From: Amoebidium appalachense
Lineage: Eukaryota; Protista; Ichthyosporea
Assembly (NCBI GenBank): GCA_963693365.1
Contig: CAVNZM010000012.1
Location: 620,001 to 684,000 of the forward strand
Length of the DNA: 64,000 bases
Reading direction: 5' to 3'
Shown: positions 55,469-64,000 of the stretch, in pieces
Numbering within the stretch: position 1 is the first letter of the stretch
Layout of the letters: each line of letters starts with the position of its first letter
Program-made: the position numbers and the translations under genes
Notes under the pieces: generated by a model
What the model saw: only the letters and a program-made list of their open reading frames with translations
Databases searched by the model: none
Told to the model about the DNA's origin: nothing

Positions 55469-58185
55469 AGAAAGCAACTAACCTTGAGGTAGATGGCGGT
55501 GACAATCTGACCGTATGCCATAGGAGGCAGACCGATGCCCTGCCAGAGACCATTGGGGTTGTGGGAGTCCAATGCAGCATACACCAACAGAAGAGAGGAG
55601 CAGCATGCAACAGCACCCAGCACAATAGAAATGATGAAAAGAACGCGAAGGTTCCATTTCTCGGGGCGGGGAGAGTGCGAAACGTTGTCGTAACCGATGG
55701 AGATAAGTGTGCCGTCGTTAAGAAGGGTGATAAGCATAAGCATCAGCACGGGCAGAGAGAAGAATGCAGGCCATTCCTCACCGGCGGGTTGGTAGTTGGT
55801 GGGGGGGAAGGCAAAGACGGTAATGAAGAAGAAGCACAGAAGCTGGAGGGTGGCGGCCTGTGGGGGGTGGAGGGGGTGGTGTAAGTATAAAGGGTTGGTT
55901 GGGGTAGAAAAGGAATGGGGGGATATGTGTAAATGGGGGGGGGGGGGGGGGGGGAGGAGAGCAAGAGGGTTTGTTTTCTCGTCGTTAAGATGGTGATAAG
56001 AGTGCAAGGGTGAGGATGCATGTGGTCAAAGTTCAACAGGTCTTTTTCTTCTGTTTTCTTTCTTTCTTTTTTTTTTTGGGGGGGGGGGGGAGGGAGGAGG
56101 GGGGGGGGGGCGAAGAGGAGGGGGGGGGATGGAGAGGAGGGGTAAAGGGTAGAGAAATGAGAATTGGCTAGGGCTGAGGTACGAGAAGGGGTGAGGGTGG
56201 TGGTGGTGGGGATGGTAGTGGTGGTGGGGGGGGGGGGGGGGGGGGGGAGGGGGGGGGGGGGCACGTACGATACGATAGTTGATGAAGTTCTGGATGCGCT
56301 TGAAGATGCAGCGGGCAATGATGATGGCGTGCACAATCACACTCAGACCCTCCTGGGTGAGCACAATGTCTGCAGCCGCACGTGCAGCGTCCGTAGCACC
56401 ACTCACAGCAATACCCACATCGGCCTTTTTGAGTGCGGGGGCGTCGTTTACACCATCACCAGTCATACCAACGGCGAAACCGACCTTGCGAAGAATCTCA
56501 ACAATCAAGAACTTGTGTTCGGGGAAAACCTCGGCGAAACCATCCGACTCGACGATGAGAGGCGCGAACTTGGAAACGGCGTCAGCGGGAACCTTACCGT
56601 CGCTATCGAGAGTGGGGAGATTTGCCTGCTTGCACGAAGGAATGTTTGTGCCCATACCGAGCATTCTTGAGGTCTCCTTTGCAATCACACCGTGGTCACC
56701 CGTGATCATCTTCACGTCGACACCGAGTTCCATGGCCTTCTCGATGGTGTCCTTGGTGTCGTGGCGAGGGGGGTCGAGGAACGTGAGCATGCCCAGCATG
56801 TTCCATCTTCCCTGATCGTCCGTGCGTGCAACAGCAAGAGAGCGGATACCGCGGCTACCAAGGTCGTTAACTTGAGCCCAAACTGCATCGTGAATCTCGT
56901 CCTTGTTCCAGCACAGGGCAAGAATAACCTGCGGTGCACCCTTTGTCGTCTTGAACACTTTGCCGTCGGGTCCCTCCAGGGTACCTTCTGTGCGCTTAAC
57001 GGTGGGGTCGAAAGGAACAAAGTCGATCTGCTTGTACTTGTTGCACTCGTTCAGGTCGGCAGAGCCAAGAACAAGGGTGTCGAGGGCATCACGTGGGGGC
57101 TCCTTCCACTTTGCAGCCAGGGCGGCAGCAACGAGGATGCTGTGTTGGGTCTCACCGGGGGTGAATGTGGGTGTGTTCTCCTGGATCACCATCTTGTTAA
57201 GGGTCAGGGTGCCGGTCTTGTCTGAGCACAGCATGTTCATGCCTGCCATCTCCTCAATGGACGTCAGGCGGGTGACAATGGCACCGTGGGCGGACAGTTG
57301 GCGGGAGCCGAGGGCGAGGGTAGCAGTGCAGACGATCTCAATAGCCACGGGGATGGATGCAACCATCAGCACGACGACAAAGGAAAGGGCGTGCTTGAAG
57401 GGCTGGTCCTTGCCGACGGTCAGGTAGATGAGGGCAACACCGCACAGAGTAAGAGACAACACGACGAGGATAATCATGATGCGGAGCAGAATCTTCTGCA
57501 GGTTGCCCAAATCATCACCGGTCTGAAGCATGGCGGCGGTCTTACCAAAGAAAGTGTTCATGCCCGTGTCCATAACAGTGGCCTCGGTCTCACCGCGCAC
57601 AACCGTCGAGCCCATCTTTGCGTCGTCGCCAGCATACATGGTGACGGGGAGAGACTCGCCTGTGAGTGCAGACTGGTCGACCTGAATCTGGCCATGGTTC
57701 ACGCGGCAATCAGCAGGGACGTTGGAGCCAGCGCCCAAGAGCACAAGGTCACCGGGCACAAGGAAGGCGGCGTCAATATTCTTCCATGCGCCGTCACGCT
57801 TAACCGTGGCCTGGGGCTTGAGCGATGCTTTAAGGGCGGCGACGGCATTACCTGCCTTCGTGATTTCATACCAACCAATAGTGGCGTTTGCAAACTGGAT
57901 GCCCAGAAGGATGCCCATATCGAGCCAGTTCTGGATGGCGGCCTCAATGATGCAGGCCAGCCAAATCATGATGGGCATGGGCTCTTTCAGCTGCCTGAGG
58001 TAGATCAGCCACGACGGCACGGTCTTCTCAATGAGCTCGTTGCGGCCCCACTCTTTAAGCAGCTGCTCTGCCTCCTCGCTAGACATACCCTTGGCCATGA
58101 CCCAGTCGGCCCCGCCCTTTTTGGAGTCATCATCGACGGCCTCGAGGGCCACCTCAACTGCGGCTTCCTTCTTTTTGTCAGCCAT
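54149..58185 (-). CDS. PMA1: Plasma-membrane H+-ATPase (P3A), about 1035 aa; exons 58185-56269, 55857-55483, 54964-54149
   Basis: DQSALTGES, ASIPVA, CSDKTGTLTLN phosphorylation site, KGAPQ, DPPR, MITGD, FAEVFPEHK, GMTGDGVNDAPALKKA, ITLLNDGT. Two phase-0 GT-AG introns. Confidence 0.96.
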
Positions 58186-58310
58186 GGTAAAACATGAAAT
58201 GGAGCAAAAGAAAACTGTCGTGTGTGTGTGTCGCGACACAATACGAGCGGTACAAACCGTGTGGCTCTTATTGTGTTTCGATCTGTGCTGGTTTTGAGGT
58301 GCAAAGCGGC

Positions 58311-58375
58311 TTTATATACCTAAGGAAATGATTAAAAATAATCTGATTGGCTAAACCTTCTGCAAACCCGATTGG
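58311..58375 (-). promoter_or_regulatory. TATA box and two CCAAT boxes upstream of the H+-ATPase
   Basis: Minus strand TATATAAA at 58311-58318; CCAAT at 58346-58350 and 58371-58375. Confidence 0.65.
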
Positions 58376-59376
58376 CTGATTTTATGGAATTTGCCGGTAA
58401 CAATGATCTATTGCAAACACTTCATTTACGCTTGCTGCCCACATATAAAGTCACATGTTTGGCTTATATTGTATCACAGACTATAATAAATGCATTAACA
58501 TAAGTTTTTACGTACCACTGAAGAAAAAGCCATCAACGGAAGAGTATTTCTCTCCGACGAACTGCGGCTGTGTGGATCTTGCCCAGATTCTCCCATGACG
58601 ACTCTCATTTCCGGTTGGTGGATAGGATCTATCCCGTGCTTGCGTGATTATGCCCCCAATAAAAATGGACATTCAATTGCTTTTTGCATGCCACACTCTT
58701 ACCAAATTTAGCAGGTGCCTTTTCTATGCTTTCTAGATCTATGCCCGGGTGACTGGCAGTGGCGGGGCCCGGCACCTTTCCATTCCATTTCTACCAAAAG
58801 GCTATGTTGTTGAGTCTATATGACTCATCAAAATTCATATAGCTAAGTAAAAAAAATTTTTTTTTGTGTCATTGGCACAGACTCCTGCTTCAAGTTCGGA
58901 GGCGTGATCCAGTCGTTTTGAGCTTTTCTGGGCAACAAGAGCCGCTCTTCGAGTTCGAAGTTGCTAAAAATTGATTACCACTAGGAATGCGGATTTCGAT
59001 CATACTGTAACATGATTGGTTTGCCAACAATGCATTATGATTGGATGTCACTTCCGAGCCTTCGGATTCCTGAACGTTACAGATCCCGGATGCTGTGAGT
59101 CAGGCTTACATACAAGGCTCACAAAAAGACACTTGAGTTTCCAAGTTTGTTCGTTGAGCGAATGGCATATTCCCACACTTAAAAATTAACACGTGTCCTT
59201 CAGAGTCAAGTATAGTGGCGGAGAGAAGAGCGTTTCTTGACATCGGCGCATGATCTTTGGCGGACACTGATATAGTACCTTCGTTACTGGTATGTACCGT
59301 TTTGTTCCGCAACAAACTTGCTCATGCCAAGTGTGTCCGTGTGTCCGTGTGTGTATGTATGTGTGTGTGTGTGTGT

Positions 59377-59483
<107 letters not shown>

Positions 59484-59882
59484 CGGGTGTGGGTGTGTGT
59501 GTGTGTTTGCATGTACGGAGTGTGAGGATGTTAGAATTCGAGCCCTTCGCATCATGTGTTCGGAAGTGGGCACGCATGCACGGGGGTTACTCTATTTACT
59601 GATTTATTACTCTGATGTCTGATTCTTCTGTGGGCATGCCGGTTTTGGCGCATTTGTGTTTATGGTGTTAATTTTGGGCTGGAAACTTGTTCGGCTAAGT
59701 GTGGGCATACCTACGTGTGTGCTATGCATTGATTAGAATGTATGTGCTGTATGCGTGGCCTTGAGTCTCGCAAGGTTGTCCTTTCTGGGTGTCTGCGTGT
59801 GCATAATTTTGCTCCTGCATGTGCATGTGTGTGTGTGTGTGGGTGTGCGTGAGTGTGTGTGTGTGCGTGTGTGTGTGTATGT

Positions 59883-59945
<63 letters not shown>

Positions 59946-60080
59946 CGCGCATGTGCGTGTGTGTGTGTGTACGCGCGGGCATGCAAGCGTGCATACGTGT
60001 GGGCGTGTGCACGTGTGTTTGGTTATACCAGATTATGCTGCTCTGTGTGTGTGTGTGTATGGACGGGGGAGGGGGGTAAG

Positions 60081-60139
<59 letters not shown>

Positions 60140-61150
60140 GCGGGAAGTTAATGGGGGAGGGACATACAAGGTAATGGGGGAGGGACATACAAGGTAATGG
60201 GGGAGAGTCATACACTTGTTGAGCACCACACTTGTGTTTTGTTTTGGTTCCTGTCCAGCTGGTTTATTAGTTGGTGCACTTCGGCTTTACTTGGACATCC
60301 TGAAGCTTGTGGCAGGGGGTTGAGTGGGCTGGCGGATTGGCGGGGGGGGGGGGGGGGGGGGAGGGAGGGAGGGGGGGGGGGGAAGGGGGGAGGGGGAGTG
60401 GGAGCTGGGGGGAGGAGGGGGGGGGGGGGAGGTGGGGCCAGGGGCTGGGGGAGAGGGGAGGGTGGGAGAGTGGGGCCGGGGGGGGGGGGGGGGGGGGGAG
60501 GGTACGGGGTGGGGGGGGGGGGGGGGGGGGGGGAATATGGGAGCTGAGGGGGGAAGGAGGGGGGGGGGGGGGTTACTCAAATGCGCCTATGATCTAGCCG
60601 ATCACCCTGTACACGCATCAACGTTAGTATGCGCACGCAGATATGTCTAATTAGGTCGTGTAGTAACCACAGCCAACCACTTACATGAGAATTCGAAGAA
60701 ACACCAAACCTAGTCCAATACATCAACAACCATATACCTCCCCCCTCCCCTCTCCCCCCCCCCCCCCCCCCCCCCCCGGTCTCTGAGGCTGGGCTTTGCA
60801 CTGCTTATATTGGATACTCTTGTGTGTGCTTTGCACCTTCTACTTTGTGTTATCTCTCGTAAATGTTACCCCTCCCCCCCCCCCCCCCCCCCCCCCCCCT
60901 CCCCCCCCCCCCCCCCCCTTCCAAAGAAAAAAGAAAAAAAAAAAAAAATGAAAAAAGCCCCCTTTCCCTCCCCTCTACGTCATCCGGTTTTTGTTGCCTC
61001 CTTGTCCCCGGCAAGCAGTGCCAAACTTCTGTTCCATTTTACTTTTAAATGTCCTGGCCGTTTCAGGCGCATGATTATCCACATTCTTTGTTACATTTCT
61101 TTTCCCTCTTTCCCCCCCCCCCCCCCCCCTCCCCCCCCCCCCCCCCCCCC

Positions 61151-61187
<37 letters not shown>

Positions 61188-61304
61188 ATGGCATGGCTGC
61201 TCTATGTCGTGCATCTGTAAGCACATACGCATTTTTCGCTGCATGCTGCTTTAGCTTGCACACACTTCTTCACCGTTTTGCTCACCTTGCCTGCATAAGC
61301 AACC

Positions 61305-61620
61305 CTACTCGTTTTTGATCAAGGCGGGTTGACCCACCCAAGTTCAGTTGATGCTGCTGTCTGAGTTGGAGTGTCATATATACGCGGGCTAAGGGGTCAA
61401 AACTCAGATGCAATTGATGACTAGGGCCCTCCCTGAGGATGGGCTCTGCTTATGACGCATACTGTGCGCATTGCTGATGTTGCATACTTGAATGTTTGCC
61501 TTTGCATGTGTCCTGCACCATGCTTCTCATCGTGTATGCGTACTTCGTACCGTGTTCCGCATTCAAAACCCCCCCCCCGGAGGATATGGGCTCTGCTTAT
61601 GCTGCATATTCTTTGTGTGT
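61305..61620 (+). repeat. Longest copy of the poly-C-flanked dispersed repeat, with the start of a second tandem unit
   Basis: atgggctctgcttatg occurs at about 61439 and 61586; matches 11670-11900 and 35866-35975. Confidence 0.75.
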
Positions 61621-61812
61621 GCTGTGTAATAGCTGTGTTGTGTTGTCCACCGTAAATGTGTCCTTCGAACTATGTAACAAATTCCTCCCTCCCCCCCCCC
61701 CTCCCCCCCACTTCCTCTCTCACCTTTCCTCCCACCCACCCAGACTACACAGTGCACCCACATGTCTCCTCCCTCCCCCACTAACCACACCCCCACGCAC
61801 ACAGACACCACC

Positions 61813-62328
61813 ATGGGCACGCCAGTCAAATACGAGATACGATTGGACGACGGTCACGGGAACCGTACGGTCAAGACATTCCAACACGTGACCCCGCACC
61901 CAATCCAATCCATGGTTGGTGACATGCACAAAACCGCCACATTCCTGCAATATGTGGCGCGTTCTCACACCGGCGAAATGCTTGCGAGCAAACCGTTTTT
62001 ATGCCCCGAATGCCGGAAACCTGCAAAGGAAATTGTCCACCATCCCATGAGTTATCTCCACATTCTTGACGACCCAAAGATTATAGATCTGGCCACGCCT
62101 GTATGTGGGCCCGGGCCTTGTAATCTTGCAATAGAAAAGGGCTACAAGCAACTTATGAAGGATGTGGGGGTGATTGATAGGAGGGCGGTGGTGTGTGCGG
62201 GGTGCAATGGGAGTGCAACGAGTATGAAGGTATGCAGCAAGTGCAAGCGGGTGCATTATTGCAGTAGGGAGTGTCAGGTGGCGGACTGGCCGTTGCATAA
62301 GCAAAGGTGTGTGGCCCCGGATAAGTAG
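61813..62328 (+). CDS. MYND zinc-finger protein, 171 aa (upstream exons possible)
   Basis: CAGC..CSKCKRVHYCSRECQVADWPLHKQRC at the C-terminus; an additional CPEC ... PVCGPGPC Cys cluster upstream. Confidence 0.88.
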   Translation: MGTPVKYEIRLDDGHGNRTVKTFQHVTPHPIQSMVGDMHKTATFLQYVARSHTGEMLASKPFLCPECRKPAKEIVHHPMSYLHILDDPKIIDLATPVCGPGPCNLAIEKGYKQLMKDVGVIDRRAVVCAGCNGSATSMKVCSKCKRVHYCSRECQVADWPLHKQRCVAPDK

Positions 62329-62380
62329 AAACCAAAATGCGTGTCTGTTGGATTCTCCCGTATTTTTTGCCTCGTCCCCC

Positions 62381-62411
<31 letters not shown>

Positions 62412-62458
62412 TTTTTTTTTCTTTTGTCAAACACCTACAAAATGGTCTCTCACTTGTT

Positions 62459-62495
<37 letters not shown>

Positions 62496-62698
62496 TCCCC
62501 TTTCCCCCCTCCGCCCCCTTCTCTGCTCCCCCCCCCCCCCCCCTCTCCCCCCCCTCCCCAGCGATTTTCCTACATACACACACGGGCCGCTTGTTGACTG
62601 TCTCAATCTTTACGGGATTGTTCACAGGTTAATATAATGTGGACTACTAGTGAATGTCGTGCCTCTGATTTGGCGTTGTAACTGGTGGATGTGTTTGG

Positions 62699-62729
<31 letters not shown>

Positions 62730-64000
62730 GTGTGTGTGTGTGTCTGCCAGTGTGTGTGTGGGGAGGGGGGGGGGGGGGGGGGGGAGGGGGGGGGGGTGAG
62801 TGTGGGTGCCTGTTGATATGGCTTTGGGTTGGTTGGCAGTCGGGCCATTTGATTGGTTGGTTGGTTAGGAGAGGGAGAGGGGGTGGGGGGGGGGGGGGGG
62901 GTTTGGAATCGTACACCATAAAACCCATGCCCAAGCACATGCGCACACGTATTCGAGAAAACACGGGGCCCGCACACGCGTATAAAGTCATCCCTCATAG
63001 TTACGATGTGATTGTGTTTATGGTCTGCCCGTGTGCCATGCTTGTCGATGGCATTTAAAAATTATTGCCGGCTGCATATTATGTATTGGTGTATGATATT
63101 AAAGCCTTTAATGTGGCTGATAGTTAGGCACCACTGTGTGCATGTCGTATGTGAAATTAAAGCACCTTTTTTTTAAATTACCGGCCTCTCATAATCAGTA
63201 TGATTGTTAAAGGTCCATCTAATGAAAGTTTTTTACTGAATTTGGTAGTGCGGGTTGACGCATGCGTCAAACATATACGCGTGCTACCGTGCGCGCTCAG
63301 ATGCCCACTGCGTACACCTTTTCAGACACGGGTGCGCACATGCACACACAGGCGCATGTATGCAAGCGCACGTGAACACAAATACACACGTGCGCACGCG
63401 CACGCGCGCGCGCACACACGCATGCACGCATGCATGCACGCACACACACATGCACACGCACACACACACACACACACACGCACGCACGCGCATACACACA
63501 CACACATACACACGCGCGCACGCGTGCGCACGCACGCACGCACGCGCACGCACACGCACACGCACACAGCACATTAGTTGCTCCTCATACCGTCACGGTG
63601 AGCTGATGGGTTGCAAGTGTACACACACAAATGTGTGCATGCATGCAGCTTTCTTCCTCACTTAGTCTAGCACACTGTACACTTGACACAGATCTGTCAC
63701 AGGCACTAACACATGTTTACGTGCACACACACTTGCACACCTGGACACGCACAGGCACACGCGCTATTGCGCTCCCGCGCAGTTGAAACCAGTCGCGCCC
63801 ACATCTACACACCCGACCATGCACACTTGACACATACACATACCCACCCATGCCCCAGCCATTCACCACCCGAAGGGCACACACAAGAAGCACACACTCA
63901 CACACACAAACACGTATGTATAGTGCTGCACAAGGGGCATGTGTAGGTGTGTGGCCCATGCATGGGTCGGGGATGGCATTTATATGGCCTTGTGGGAGCA

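Noticed and set aside
56164-58197. Long + strand ORFs over the H+-ATPase (and 43057-43476 over the UNC93-like gene)
   Set aside because: Antisense shadows of GC3-rich coding sequence.
61360-61460. Hammerhead ribozyme, SECIS or C/D snoRNA in the dispersed repeat (TGATGA...CTGA)
   Set aside because: No GAAA in the hammerhead position, the C-D distance is far too short, the boxes are not conserved in the 11.7-kb copy, and there is no adjacent in-frame TGA gene.

Overview
Eukaryotic genomic DNA from a microbial eukaryote; the lineage cannot be fixed from sequence alone. Introns and intergenic DNA are saturated with (CA)n/(GT)n and poly-C/poly-G tracts, so most ORFs in the supplied track are repeat artefacts. 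Host genes reconstructed by hand: an 11-exon proteasome ATPase RPT4 (29659-40876 +), a 3-exon P3A plasma-membrane H+-ATPase (54149-58185 -), an intronless UNC93-like MFS protein, a small RVxF-type PP1-binding protein, a MYND-finger protein, and a 5-exon orphan with a SOCS/BC-box-like motif. A retroelement island at about 15.7-25.7 kb holds two related LINE families and a PAT-like tyrosine-recombinase retrotransposon derivative. One LINE family is nested into itself at a recurrent breakpoint. The PAT-like element has RT-RNaseH-Dam-like MT domains, split direct repeats and an ATT crossover core. There are three MITEs with clear TIRs and TSDs. The most unusual items are a non-coding ~890 bp insertion with long fold-back ends, whose core hairpin recurs at 59-100 with different but complementary arms, a LINE ORF that stops directly into (CA)n, and splice sites built from microsatellites.
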